Source: a virus (lineage: Duplodnaviria; Caudoviricetes). Taken from it: a DNA stretch of 53,766 nucleotides. The stretch covers positions 1-53,766 of the IMG/VR virus record IMGVR_UViG_3300030116_007293; one strand, given 5' to 3'. The notes below the pieces were generated by a model. It had not been told where the DNA came from. It made no database searches and worked only from the letters and a program-made list of their open reading frames with translations. The translations under genes were made by a program, and so were the position numbers. Positions 1-9,645 of the stretch are shown here, in pieces (the first letter of the stretch is position 1; each line of letters begins with the position of its first letter).

Positions 1-179
1 GCTGGATCTCTGCCTGATGCTAATTGTATTCCAAAATTTAAAAGTGCAGAACCACCTGCTCTTGCTAGATTTGCTTTACCAGCAGCAGATGTCGGATCTA
101 TCCTTTGACCAAATTTTTCCATAAATGTCGGTGTTGCAGTTTGTGCTGTTATTGGCTCTGCAAATAAATTGGCTTTTCC
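1..179. repeat. Terminal direct repeat / circular assembly overlap (copy 1)
   Basis: Matches 53588-53766 except at positions 66 (t vs g) and 102 (c vs t). Confidence 0.97.
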
Positions 180-779
180 TGTTTCTGCTGCTTTAGTTAA
201 AACAGATTGATCGTAAACTCCTGGAGTCGTTGTTTCTGGTAATTTATTAAAAAGATCTAAATTACCTGTTGCTTCAGCAGTTGCCCTAGTTGCAAGTTCA
301 GGTTGAAATGCTGAAGTTCCTTTTATTTTTCCTGCGTCTAAAAGTTCGAAACCTTTGGTTGTTGCTTGGTCAACCATTTGTAATGGGGTTGAACCAAATG
401 TATCACCTAAACCTGCAGAAACAACAGATTGTTCAGAATCCAAAACATAAGGATCAAACATAGATGCACCAATTTGACCTGCAGCAAGAGAGCCAACCTG
501 ACCAACAATGTCACCTGCTATCTCTCCAGGACTTGGCAATCCAGGAGGAACTCCTTGTTGACTTACAATTTGTTCATATTGCTCTAATAATGCTTGGTCT
601 GCTGGATCTGTTGGAGTGTATGAACCTGTCCCAGTTTGAATACTTTGAACCCAGTTAAATACAGGCATTGCTGCTGTGCCATATGTATTTTGTAAATTGC
701 TTAAATCTCCTAATGGTGTTTGAGATTGTATTTGAAACAATGGATATTCTATCGGTTGTGGTGCTTCTTCTTCAGCCAT
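1..779 (-). CDS. N-terminal part of a 411-aa putative ejection/internal virion protein spanning the junction (continues 53587 to 53131)
   Basis: ATG at 779 (MAEEEAPQPIEY...) overlaps the stop of the upstream gene; frame is open to position 1 and in frame with the 53131..53709 ORF. Confidence 0.85.
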   Translation of the reverse strand, partial: MAEEEAPQPIEYPLFQIQSQTPLGDLSNLQNTYGTAAMPVFNWVQSIQTGTGSYTPTDPADQALLEQYEQIVSQQGVPPGLPSPGEIAGDIVGQVGSLAAGQIGASMFDPYVLDSEQSVVSAGLGDTFGSTPLQMVDQATTKGFELLDAGKIKGTSAFQPELATRATAEATGNLDLFNKLPETTTPGVYDQSVLTKAAETGKANLFAEPITAQTATPTFMEKFGQRIDPTSAAGKANLARAGGSALLNFGIQLASGRDP

Positions 780-1101
780 TTGATGCCTCCATATAACTTG
801 CCACAACATGCAATCTGTCTGCTGTTGCTGCTGTTGCTTTTAAAATTTCATTTTCTTGCAAAACCAATGGTCCTTTTAATAACTCTTCAGTGCTCAATGC
901 ACCAACACTCTCATTTTTATATAAACTAAAAACTGCACTTGCACTATCAGTAATTGTTAAAGTTATTGTATCTTCACTTGATGAGTCATTTGAAACCATC
1001 AAAGATTTAAAAATACAACTTGTTGCTGCTGGTGCTGTAAGAACAGTTGTCGCATTTGTTGTTGTTAAATCAATTTTAGCATTTTTATAAACTATTGCCA
1101 T
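772..1101 (-). CDS. Small virion structural protein (109 aa, MAIVYKNAKIDL...)
   Basis: Thr/Ser-rich beta protein downstream of the nozzle gene; start moved to ATG 1101, coupled via TGATG. Confidence 0.7.
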   Translation of the reverse strand: MAIVYKNAKIDLTTTNATTVLTAPAATSCIFKSLMVSNDSSSEDTITLTITDSASAVFSLYKNESVGALSTEELLKGPLVLQENEILKATAATADRLHVVASYMEASNG

Positions 1102-1277
1102 CAGCTCATAAACCAACTCATTTTTTGAGATTCTTCTGATAAATTTCTTGTTGCTGTTGTCGCAGCAAAAAACATAACTCTTTTATCAAGTTCTAATGCA
1201 TTTATTAATCTACTAAAAAATCCTTGATTGTAATTAGTTGGTGGTTCTGGTAATCTAAATGTTGTTGTACCACTCAT
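1101..1277 (-). CDS. Small hypothetical virion protein, 58 aa (MSGTTTFRLPEPPTNY...), below ORF-track cutoff
   Basis: Fills the gap exactly, with TAATG and TGATG overlaps on either side. Confidence 0.8.
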   Translation of the reverse strand: MSGTTTFRLPEPPTNYNQGFFSRLINALELDKRVMFFAATTATRNLSEESQKMSWFMS

Positions 1278-3394
1278 TATCTTAAACCATCCTCTCTTGT
1301 GTTAATTCTAAAATCGCCAAATGCCCAGTCATCTGTAGTTCCTGTGCTTGATAATTTTACAGCTATCTGCCGACCTTTTGCTCTTGTGCTTATTTTAGTT
1401 GTGCTTGTTGAAATAGTAAATGGACCTTTTGTAATTTCTGTTGCATTTGGATATTTTCTAGATTTTAATTCTAAAAGTAAATTTGTATCAGAAGTCAATG
1501 TAACATCAGGAACAACTTTATCAACCATAAATAATTCATTACCACCAGAAGTTATTTCCATTGGTGAACTTTCTACAAATGCATTCATCGCTGAACCATT
1601 ATCGCTTGTCCCAGTTTCATGATCATATAAAAAACCATTCTCATCAAAAGCAAAAGGAACTGTCCTCGCACCAAAGCTGTCATGCCAAACTGTTCTGTTC
1701 AAAGTTCCAACTGCCCAAACATTTTCTTGATAATTATATGTTACATAGCTGTCTGGTTCTGGGTTTGTAGTTCCTGCTGTATTTGATGTGCTTACATAAA
1801 ACCAAGTCACCTCTTTAAATTTACGATTGTGACCAATAACTGTTTTATCTATATAATCTTCTTGCATTCTATTAAAAACAAAATATTGAACAGAACATGG
1901 CAACTCTCTAATAACACCATCATATTTAAAAAATCTATTTTTCCCCATCCAATAAACTATGCCATCTGCGTCACCGACAACATTTTTACCACCAGCACCT
2001 GTTCCTGTTGCTAATAATCTGAAAGAAAATATAAATGGTGCTCCAACAAATGACATGCCATAAACTGCTTCATCTGTAAATATAAGCATCTCATCTCTTG
2101 TTGGCTGCATTGTTACAATTTTATTACCTATTTCAAGTCTTTGATCACCTGCTGTATTCGTAGTTGTTGGAGTAAATACATTAAAAGTTTCCTGATCTGA
2201 CCATCTTATTAACATCGGATCCATAGTTGATCCTCCTAATGGTATTGTGCCACCAAGAATAACATGTCTATCAGGGAATGAAACTGCTGAAACTCTTGCT
2301 TTACTAGGAACACCAGTCGCACCTGATTCTTCAGATATTAAAACAGCTCTATTGCCAACTCCGTCAGATGTATCATAATAATATATTCCACCACCACGAA
2401 CAGTTGCAATTATATCTTCATCCCATAAATTTAATGACCAAACTGAATGCTCTAAATTAATGTCAGATTCGCTGGCAGATCTTGGAGTTCCCCATGTTGA
2501 GTCACCCCAACCACCAACTCCCCAACCGAGTGCAGGATCACCAGATTGAGTTCCTAAATTTCCATCTATACCAACTAAATATTTAATAATAACATCTAAA
2601 CCACCACCAGCAGAAACTGTGCTAGATGCTGCACTTGGCACTGTTATTGTAAAAGCATTAGAACTTGTTACTGTTATTTCAAAACCTTCTGATCTATTTA
2701 ATACATCTGTTGTAACACCACCTGTTGCTGTTGCACCTGATATTACTACATAGTCTCCTGATTGAGCTCCATGTGCAGTATCTGTTATTGTTACAGTTGT
2801 GCTTTCGTCTGTTGTCGCAATAGGATTAACAAGAATCTGTGTTACAGTTGCACCATTACTGTGAGATGCAGCTGATGTGCTGTTAGTTCCTCTGGTGCAA
2901 CCTGTTAATGTTAATGAGCTTATTCCTGTATATGTTATGACTTCTGAATTTATTTTTATAGTTCCAGCAGTCGTAAATCCTGTAACACTTGTTAAATCTA
3001 TTTCAGTTTCACTGCTGTCTAATCCTTCTGTTGTGGTTGTTGAAGTATTCGATATATCTCTCAATGGTGTTACATCATACATGACACCATTTTCAATAAC
3101 ATATAAATGACTGTGAGAACCGACGATTATTCTGTCTTCACCATCTGACTCTGCTCTCCAAAATAATATATTTCTAGCAATACCATCTAAAGAAGTTTCT
3201 GTTGTATAATCTGCTGAATTAGAAGTGTCTGTTCCATAAATTGTATCTTTTTGCCAACCACCTATTTTTTCAGCATAACCATTTATAAATCTCACAAGGT
3301 TGCTGTCAATCCAAAATGGACCATTTTTACCTGCTGAATAATTTGTTATGTCTTTAACAACACCAGCTTTAATTTTCATTAGTTGAAGTGCCAA
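1277..3394 (-). CDS. Tail nozzle / tail tubular protein B-like (705 aa)
   Basis: Size, beta-propeller-like segments (IRWSDQE, VYWMG, YDGVIRELPC), position upstream of ejection genes. Confidence 0.7.
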   Translation of the reverse strand: MALQLMKIKAGVVKDITNYSAGKNGPFWIDSNLVRFINGYAEKIGGWQKDTIYGTDTSNSADYTTETSLDGIARNILFWRAESDGEDRIIVGSHSHLYVIENGVMYDVTPLRDISNTSTTTTEGLDSSETEIDLTSVTGFTTAGTIKINSEVITYTGISSLTLTGCTRGTNSTSAASHSNGATVTQILVNPIATTDESTTVTITDTAHGAQSGDYVVISGATATGGVTTDVLNRSEGFEITVTSSNAFTITVPSAASSTVSAGGGLDVIIKYLVGIDGNLGTQSGDPALGWGVGGWGDSTWGTPRSASESDINLEHSVWSLNLWDEDIIATVRGGGIYYYDTSDGVGNRAVLISEESGATGVPSKARVSAVSFPDRHVILGGTIPLGGSTMDPMLIRWSDQETFNVFTPTTTNTAGDQRLEIGNKIVTMQPTRDEMLIFTDEAVYGMSFVGAPFIFSFRLLATGTGAGGKNVVGDADGIVYWMGKNRFFKYDGVIRELPCSVQYFVFNRMQEDYIDKTVIGHNRKFKEVTWFYVSTSNTAGTTNPEPDSYVTYNYQENVWAVGTLNRTVWHDSFGARTVPFAFDENGFLYDHETGTSDNGSAMNAFVESSPMEITSGGNELFMVDKVVPDVTLTSDTNLLLELKSRKYPNATEITKGPFTISTSTTKISTRAKGRQIAVKLSSTGTTDDWAFGDFRINTREDGLR

Positions 3395-3830
3395 GTGCTT
3401 TCATCCTATTTATTAATCTATCTGCTCTATTTGTAACTTGTTTATACCAACGACTGTCTTTCATTTGAACTGCTGCTTCCAACCAATTACCATCTTTAAC
3501 AGCTTGTATTTTCTTTTTAAATTTACTATATCTTGGATAGCCAAGATTGAACATCATGTTTGCACATATATGTTGAACTTCCTCTGGCATATTATCCCAA
3601 TCATCATAAATTTTTTTACAATCATCAATAGTTATATTCATATCTTGCTCGAACAATTCACCACATCTTTCATATGAAACTTTTGTTCCAACTGGTAAAC
3701 CTGACTCCTCATCACCTTCTTTTATTAAATGGCCAATGCCACATGTTGGTAAACCTAAATGATCCAGATATATTTCTAATTTAAATCCCTCATCTTCTTC
3801 TATCTCATCTTGTAATTTACTGAGATTCAT
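3369..3830 (-). CDS. Endolysin, T4-lysozyme-like (GH24)
   Basis: DEGFKLEIYLDHLGLPTCGIGHL keeps the T4 E11/D20/T26 spacing; C-terminal SRWYKQVTNRA. Confidence 0.92.
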   Translation of the reverse strand: MNLSKLQDEIEEDEGFKLEIYLDHLGLPTCGIGHLIKEGDEESGLPVGTKVSYERCGELFEQDMNITIDDCKKIYDDWDNMPEEVQHICANMMFNLGYPRYSKFKKKIQAVKDGNWLEAAVQMKDSRWYKQVTNRADRLINRMKALGTSTNEN

Positions 3831-4231
3831 TTTTTACTCCTTTGATTCATTATCTGCAATCCTTGTTTACCAAACCTATATCCAAACGATGCACCAATAG
3901 AAATATACAAACAATTTTGGAACCATGTTGGACAGTGTTCATCTAAAAATATAAAACCTTCTTTAACATACTCTTGAGTCCATGGTAAAAAACATGATAA
4001 TAATATGCCACCAAATATAATTGTCCAAAACTCATCTTTCCAACTGCCAGCCATTTGGCTCGTAAGATTTTGTTCCATAAGCATACCAGATGTTGCTTCA
4101 GTCTCATAAACTTTTGCTTCTGCTTTTGCTCTCGCAACTTTTACATCTGTCTCTGCTTTTGCTTTGTCAACTCTGCCTTGTAACCAAGTTCCTGCTAAAC
4201 TAGCAATTGGACCAATAAAACTTTGTAACAT
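3827..4231 (-). CDS. Putative holin
   Basis: Hydrophobic helices, SWKDEFW motif, ASFGYR C-terminus, overlaps endolysin start. Confidence 0.7.
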   Translation of the reverse strand: MLQSFIGPIASLAGTWLQGRVDKAKAETDVKVARAKAEAKVYETEATSGMLMEQNLTSQMAGSWKDEFWTIIFGGILLSCFLPWTQEYVKEGFIFLDEHCPTWFQNCLYISIGASFGYRFGKQGLQIMNQRSKK

Positions 4232-4233
4232 AA

Positions 4234-4434
4234 TTATCCTTTTATTTTTTTAGTTATCCATAAAAATATAGCATAAACTGTTAAACCATAAATTGTTGCG
4301 ATGCCTATGTCAACAAGATGTTCTCTCATATGATATATAAATTGAATACCAGCTTCAACATCACTGCCACCACCATCATTAAAATTAACTGTTTTAGTTA
4401 AATTTTCAACATCACTTATGGTTTGTTCCATCAT
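4234..4434 (-). CDS. Small membrane protein (lysis region)
   Basis: 66 aa with C-terminal TM helix; coupled to neighbours. Confidence 0.65.
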   Translation of the reverse strand: MMEQTISDVENLTKTVNFNDGGGSDVEAGIQFIYHMREHLVDIGIATIYGLTVYAIFLWITKKIKG

Positions 4435-4574
4435 TTACCTGTTAACCAATCCCAAAAAGTTTTTCTTTTTTTAGTTCCGATTAATTTTTTAATAAAAGAT
4501 AAAATTTTGTTTTCATCTTCTACAACTCTTGGTGTATAAACAGTCTTTTTTGGTCTTCCTCTTTTATTTGCCAT
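4431..4574 (-). CDS. Small basic protein (47 aa, MANKRGRPKK...)
   Basis: ATG at 4574 with AAGGAG RBS; AT-hook-like RGRP. Confidence 0.6.
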   Translation of the reverse strand: MANKRGRPKKTVYTPRVVEDENKILSFIKKLIGTKKRKTFWDWLTGK

Positions 4575-4575
4575 T

Positions 4576-4770
4576 TTACTCTCCTTGTTTTTTTGGTACA
4601 GACTTTGGGACGCAATATGCTTTGACCCAGATTTTACTGTCTCCTGCGAGTGATGGATCATAGTTTTGTGCCCTAATTTTTGCTGCAATTCTAAGACACG
4701 AGTCCAGATCACTGAAATAAACTGCCTCCTGTACTGTTCCTGATAAAAATACGACGAGCAACCATGTCAT
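4576..4770 (-). CDS. Small putative exported protein
   Basis: 64 aa, hydrophobic N-terminus, two Cys (DSC...AYCVP). Confidence 0.65.
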   Translation of the reverse strand: MTWLLVVFLSGTVQEAVYFSDLDSCLRIAAKIRAQNYDPSLAGDSKIWVKAYCVPKSVPKKQGE

Positions 4771-5102
4771 TTACCATTGCCATTCCTTGTCTTTCCCCAT
4801 GTACTAAACCCAAAAAAAGTTGCAACAATACCTGATTGAGCAACTAAAAATGTATTTAAAAAACCACTAATGCTATTTAATCTTTCTATTGCTATTAATG
4901 GTGTAAATAAAACTGCAACAGCAATGCAAACAGAACCCATAGCCACCCATGCCATAGCTCTGTGCTGATCCATCATTTTATCTATATTTTCTAAATGAAC
5001 AAGCTCTTTGTGTAAAGACAACTCTTTATCAGTTATTTCACCATCACCATCTAAATCTGCTTCCTCATACATAGAACCTTTTTCAAGTTTTTTCTGAGCC
5101 AT
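4767..5102 (-). CDS. EF-hand plus two-TM membrane protein
   Basis: Canonical loop DLDGDGEITDKE followed by two hydrophobic helices. Confidence 0.75.
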   Translation of the reverse strand: MAQKKLEKGSMYEEADLDGDGEITDKELSLHKELVHLENIDKMMDQHRAMAWVAMGSVCIAVAVLFTPLIAIERLNSISGFLNTFLVAQSGIVATFFGFSTWGKTRNGNGK

Positions 5103-5269
5103 TATGAGACCTTTAATATAATTCCAACAAGTAATACAATTATAGTACCAGCAGATCCAAACAATATTTGCTCAATTCTTTTTATTCTTAAGATAGTTTC
5201 TTTCCATCTTTCTTCTAATTGAGTTTCCAAAACTGTAATCCTTTTGTCTAAATCATTTATCTTTGTCAT
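5102..5269 (-). CDS. Coiled-coil plus C-terminal TM protein, 55 aa (MTKINDLDKRITVLE...), below ORF-track cutoff
   Basis: Open frame filling the gap; TAATG overlap with next gene; XhlA/holin-like architecture. Confidence 0.75.
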   Translation of the reverse strand: MTKINDLDKRITVLETQLEERWKETILRIKRIEQILFGSAGTIIVLLVGIILKVS

Positions 5270-5459
5270 CTTTAACTGAATTTATTAAAGCACTTACAAA
5301 ATGATCTTTTGCTTTATCTATTTGATCTTTTTCAAAAGCTAATTTGTTACTTTTTAACTGAAGATCTTGAACTTGCTGAATATAATATTTTTGATTATTA
5401 TCTAAATCATCAGCATTAAAATTTTTGCCATCTATTTTTACAACATTTTCTTTAGTCAT
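5253..5459 (-). CDS. Putative tail-fibre-associated chaperone
   Basis: 68 aa, KIDGK...DL plus coiled coil, directly after the tail fibre, AAGGAG RBS. Confidence 0.6.
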   Translation of the reverse strand: MTKENVVKIDGKNFNADDLDNNQKYYIQQVQDLQLKSNKLAFEKDQIDKAKDHFVSALINSVKDDKDK

Positions 5460-5468
5460 TTTTTCTCC

Positions 5469-7676
5469 TTAACCACAATATAATGCACATGGCACTGTAT
5501 AAGAACCATCACTATATGTTTCTTGTTTAATGTTTGTTAAAACTTTGCCAATAGTTTTACTACGAATTATATCATCATCTTGTTTCTTGGCTGTGCCATC
5601 ACCATTAGATGTTAATAAATCGCCTTTAGAAACTGTTTGGTCTTTGTGTATTCTTACTAAAGATGTCCCTAATGCATTAACATACATATCATTACAACAG
5701 TCATCATCATTGTCCCAATCCATAAATACACCATATACATTTGTACATTCGGCAGTATCTGATATTTTACATTTAACGTGTTTTACATCATCTGTTAAAC
5801 AAACTGTTGCATCATATTCTATACCATCTTCATCTTTATATTTAACTGTATCACCTACATTTACATTTGATGGTTTTTCATAATCTTTTTTAAGGTCAAA
5901 TTTTTCACGACTCACATCGCCAACTTTTTTATCTTTTGGTATATCATCACCATCTTGATATTTTAATTCAGGTTTGCTAAATTCTAAATGATACCAATCC
6001 ATCATCTCATCAATAGTTTCCATAACAGTACCACGCAGTATTGTTGGTTTGCTGTTGTCTGTTAATCGTGACCAGTGGCTTCCAGTAAATGCATTATATG
6101 ATGTCGTACTTCCACTGATTGATACCGAACCTTCAGCAGTTCCTGCTTGTTTAAATTGCACTATAGAACCATCTGAACCAGTTCTATTGCACTCTAAAAC
6201 AAACTGACCATTTACAGCAAGCACTGAGTCTTGTCCACCCAATACACAGCCTTGAGTTGAACTGCCGTCAGCAATATCTGCAGCTGTGGAGTCAATACTA
6301 GGTGAAGTTCCTACGTTAAATTTGGTTGCATGAAACTTATGTCTAGCAGTACCTGATAAAACAACTTCTATAGAACCACCAGATTGTTCTGCTGTTATTT
6401 GTGGTTGTCCACCACTTGTAACAGCTAATCCAATTCTTTTAGAACCACCACTAGATGTCTCTTCCAACATTAATTCTGGTGCTGCTTTTTTAATGTCTAG
6501 AGCATGTAATGGATTGCTATGTCCTATTCCAACATTACCTACATCACCACCAACTAAAAGTGCATTCGCATCACTTTCAGCTTCAACTCTAAAACTGCAG
6601 TTCCTTGCTTCTTCGTTAAACACCACTTCAGTAGGTTTAATAGAAAGCATCGTACGTTCTGTTCCTGCCACCATATTAAATATGTGGATAGTGCCATCTT
6701 CTGAACCATCAGAAGCATCAGCAATATCTGCTCTAATTTTTCCATAAATAACAAGTTGACTTGCATCATTATTGCCTTCAAATCTTATAGTACACATTGT
6801 GTCATCATCAGCAGGACTTGCTGAGTTTCTATAAAAACTTAATGCAGGACCACCACCAGCATCTGCATCTGTAGATATAAGTGTAAGATTATCTCCATTA
6901 TCACTTCTTGTTACATTTAAATTAGTATTTAAAAGTAATCCTGTATCATGCACATGAGTAAGTGTTACATCATTATCTGCACCAAAACCTAAAATTGCAC
7001 CATCACTATCAAGTTTTAAATCATGACTGACCAGCACAGCAGTTGAAGCATTTAAATCAATAGTTGCCTCACCATCTATTGTTAACACACCATCTGAACT
7101 TTGATGTATAAAACTGGCTGCATCACCAAATGTTAATTTATTTGTAGAGTTTAAAGTGAGACCTGTTCCATCTGTATGAGTCAAAGTTGTATCAGTATCA
7201 GCACCAAAACCTAAAACTGCTGAATCAGACTTTAAAGTTAAATCATTTCCGATTTTTAAAGATGTCCCGAAAAAACTTGCCACAGCAGCACCTGAACCAG
7301 CACCATCTGCATAAATAATATCGGCAGCACCATTAGCAATAGTTGCATTTGCACCTGTTCCCTGACTAAACTGTACTTCTTGGCCAGAGTTGTTAACAAC
7401 AAAATATAATTTATCTTGTGTGTTATCACTAATAGTTATTGTGTTTGTTCCTGATGGTGAGCCACCGAGAACCAATACTCTGAACATACCATCAGTCAAA
7501 GAGCCATCTGTTGTTGTAAGTGTATGCGACGTTCCTGTTAAAGTTATCGCACCAACACCACTTAATGCTCTGTCTATTATGTCAAAGTTTGTGTTGGTTG
7601 TATTACCCCAAGTTCCCGATTGTTCACCAGTCCCTATTTTTTCAATGCCTGTATTGAGTGTGTATGTACTCGCCAT
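5469..7676 (-). CDS. Tail fibre / receptor-binding protein with C-terminal intramolecular-chaperone-like domain
   Basis: 735 aa Gly/Thr/Ser-rich; duplicated LGFGADxDxTLTH segment; C-terminal FTGSH...GDLLTSNGDG...TIGKV. Confidence 0.85.
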   Translation of the reverse strand: MASTYTLNTGIEKIGTGEQSGTWGNTTNTNFDIIDRALSGVGAITLTGTSHTLTTTDGSLTDGMFRVLVLGGSPSGTNTITISDNTQDKLYFVVNNSGQEVQFSQGTGANATIANGAADIIYADGAGSGAAVASFFGTSLKIGNDLTLKSDSAVLGFGADTDTTLTHTDGTGLTLNSTNKLTFGDAASFIHQSSDGVLTIDGEATIDLNASTAVLVSHDLKLDSDGAILGFGADNDVTLTHVHDTGLLLNTNLNVTRSDNGDNLTLISTDADAGGGPALSFYRNSASPADDDTMCTIRFEGNNDASQLVIYGKIRADIADASDGSEDGTIHIFNMVAGTERTMLSIKPTEVVFNEEARNCSFRVEAESDANALLVGGDVGNVGIGHSNPLHALDIKKAAPELMLEETSSGGSKRIGLAVTSGGQPQITAEQSGGSIEVVLSGTARHKFHATKFNVGTSPSIDSTAADIADGSSTQGCVLGGQDSVLAVNGQFVLECNRTGSDGSIVQFKQAGTAEGSVSISGSTTSYNAFTGSHWSRLTDNSKPTILRGTVMETIDEMMDWYHLEFSKPELKYQDGDDIPKDKKVGDVSREKFDLKKDYEKPSNVNVGDTVKYKDEDGIEYDATVCLTDDVKHVKCKISDTAECTNVYGVFMDWDNDDDCCNDMYVNALGTSLVRIHKDQTVSKGDLLTSNGDGTAKKQDDDIIRSKTIGKVLTNIKQETYSDGSYTVPCALYCG

Positions 7677-7677
7677 A

Positions 7678-8094
7678 TCAATCTATCCTTATAATAGCTG
7701 TTGAACCTGCAGCTGGAAAAACTATTTTAAATGTTCCTCCTGCAACAGTAAAGTCTCCTCCAAAATTTAAAACAGCTATCGCTTTGTTACTGTTTGAACT
7801 ATTATATATTAAAGCACCTCTCGCAGTAAAGCTCGCAGATGTCCATGTTGGATCATCAGCATCAAAATGTGCTGTTGTTCCTGTTGTTGAGACTGCTGTT
7901 GATGTTAAAGTTACACCTGTCGCTGTATAACCAGTTCCACTGACTTCATTTGAACTAGAGTATGCAGTTGTTGTTGCATCTAATGATGCAGAGCTAGTGT
8001 AAAGAGCTATTTTTATTGTGTCAGTTGCAAGTTGATGTCCTTCTTGTAGAACCTCAGATTTGAAACTGGTGCACATTGCTTGTGTTATTGCCAT
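7678..8094 (-). CDS. Virion structural protein (138 aa)
   Basis: KIALYTSSASL...GY..G...FTARGALIYN pattern of tail-associated proteins; position. Confidence 0.7.
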   Translation of the reverse strand: MAITQAMCTSFKSEVLQEGHQLATDTIKIALYTSSASLDATTTAYSSSNEVSGTGYTATGVTLTSTAVSTTGTTAHFDADDPTWTSASFTARGALIYNSSNSNKAIAVLNFGGDFTVAGGTFKIVFPAAGSTAIIRID

Positions 8095-8718
8095 TTAGAT
8101 ACCTCCATCATATTCGGCTGTATAGTTGCGACCCATCTCTTGTTGAAATAATGCAATTGCTTCATCAAATTGGTCTTTATATAGTTTTACTGTTTCTCCT
8201 GCTTTAAGGAAAGCAGAACTTTCATAAAGTGCTGCAGAGAGTAAAACATTCTCTGCAAATGTTCCGACCCAACTGTTAGCATTCCCTGAAGAAAGTCCTG
8301 TCTCAGGAGCAATAAAATCAACTTGAAATGCTAATGTTGCACTTGGTGTCGGTGCTAATGTTATAACAATTCCCCCTGTTCCAGAGTCTTTTGTGCTATA
8401 CATTATTGGTGTTCCAGTTGTACTGGAATTTGGATGAAAGTCTCTTAAATAAGAATCTATCTTATGATTTAAAAAACTCACATTACTGCTAGATGTTACT
8501 GAAACTTGTCTTATCATTCTCGCTGTTGCCACTGTATAATCTGCTGTTCCTATGACTAAATTGCCTGTGCTTTGTTGTCTGAAACATGGTAAATTAGGCA
8601 GTCTTTGAAAAATCATGCTTTCAGCTTGTGTTATTATTGTTGGGATAGAATTAGACAACTCTGTGCTATCATCTTCTAAAAAATTTTGTATATTAGAAAC
8701 TAATTCTGTATAATTCAT
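8095..8718 (-). CDS. Head-tail adaptor-like protein
   Basis: MNYTELVSNIQNFL...AESMI...LAPTP...LLSAAL adaptor-like pattern. Confidence 0.6.
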   Translation of the reverse strand: MNYTELVSNIQNFLEDDSTELSNSIPTIITQAESMIFQRLPNLPCFRQQSTGNLVIGTADYTVATARMIRQVSVTSSSNVSFLNHKIDSYLRDFHPNSSTTGTPIMYSTKDSGTGGIVITLAPTPSATLAFQVDFIAPETGLSSGNANSWVGTFAENVLLSAALYESSAFLKAGETVKLYKDQFDEAIALFQQEMGRNYTAEYDGGI

Positions 8719-9645
8719 TTATTCACCCCATGCACCAGTGTTCCAAGCACCTGTTCCCCATTCAGGATCAACTATTACACTAACACTTCCTATAGCACCT
8801 GTTCCAGCGACACCTGATTCAGTAATAGATGCTTCAACAACTTCTGTTCCTGTGTTACCTGTTCCAGCAACACCTGATTCAGTAATAGATGCTTCTAGAG
8901 TCTCTGTTCCTATTGCTCCTGTTCCAGCGACACCTGATTCAGTAATAGATGCTTCTGGGATTTCTGTTCCTATTGCTCCTGTTCCTGCAACACCTGTCTC
9001 TGTTATAGATGCTTCTAGAGTCTCTGTTCCTATTGCTCCTGTTCCTGCAACACCTGATTCAGTAATAGATGCTTCTGGGACTTCTGTTCCTATTGCTCCT
9101 GTTCCAGCAACACCTGTTTCAGCAATCCTTAACTCAAATGATTCTACACCAACAGCACCTGTTCCGCCAATACCTGAAACACCAATAAGTCCTAAAACAG
9201 ATGCATCTCCTACATTACCTGTTCCAGCAACACCTGTTTCATCGATTGATGCTTCTGGAGTTTCTGTTCCTATAGCACCTGTTCCAGCTATTCCTGAAAT
9301 ACTGGTATTTTCAATTTCAAAAGAAGGAAAACCAACACTGCCTTTGCCAACTGGTAAATTTGGTTTTTTGTATTGTGTTGCCTGCATACCAGTTGGTGCA
9401 TTATTAAACCAATTAAAATTAAAAAATATAGAAACATTTTCAGGATCATTATTTGGTCTAGGATCAAATAATGCAGTTGGATCTATTATATTTTTTGGTG
9501 GTGTTAAACGAGGATGCTTAACCTCAAACTCTTCAGGCTCAACACGTAAATTGTTCCAAGTTGTTTTGAGTTGAGTATATGGAACTTCAAAACCACTTCT
9601 GTCGCTTATCGCTCTTGATCTTTTACCTTTTGCAAATCTTCCCAT
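8719..9645 (-). CDS. Structural protein with nine 20-aa repeats
   Basis: N-domain AISDRSGF...KHP, then EASITESGVAGTGAIGTE repeats and a WGTGAWNTGAWG end. Confidence 0.8.
   Translation of the reverse strand: MGRFAKGKRSRAISDRSGFEVPYTQLKTTWNNLRVEPEEFEVKHPRLTPPKNIIDPTALFDPRPNNDPENVSIFFNFNWFNNAPTGMQATQYKKPNLPVGKGSVGFPSFEIENTSISGIAGTGAIGTETPEASIDETGVAGTGNVGDASVLGLIGVSGIGGTGAVGVESFELRIAETGVAGTGAIGTEVPEASITESGVAGTGAIGTETLEASITETGVAGTGAIGTEIPEASITESGVAGTGAIGTETLEASITESGVAGTGNTGTEVVEASITESGVAGTGAIGSVSVIVDPEWGTGAWNTGAWGE
8781..9310. repeat. Intragenic 60-bp tandem repeat, 9 copies
   Basis: gttcc (in cctgttcc) recurs at 8801, 8861 ... 9281 with an exact 60-nt period. Confidence 0.95.

Noticed and set aside
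8781-9310. CRISPR-like periodicity
   Set aside because: Units are in-frame coding repeats with no unique spacers, and there are no cas genes
8738-9574. 278-aa plus-strand ORF and the many other antisense ORFs in the track
   Set aside because: Shadows of real opposite-strand genes (here the repeat region); no RBS, and they conflict with the coupled gene arrays
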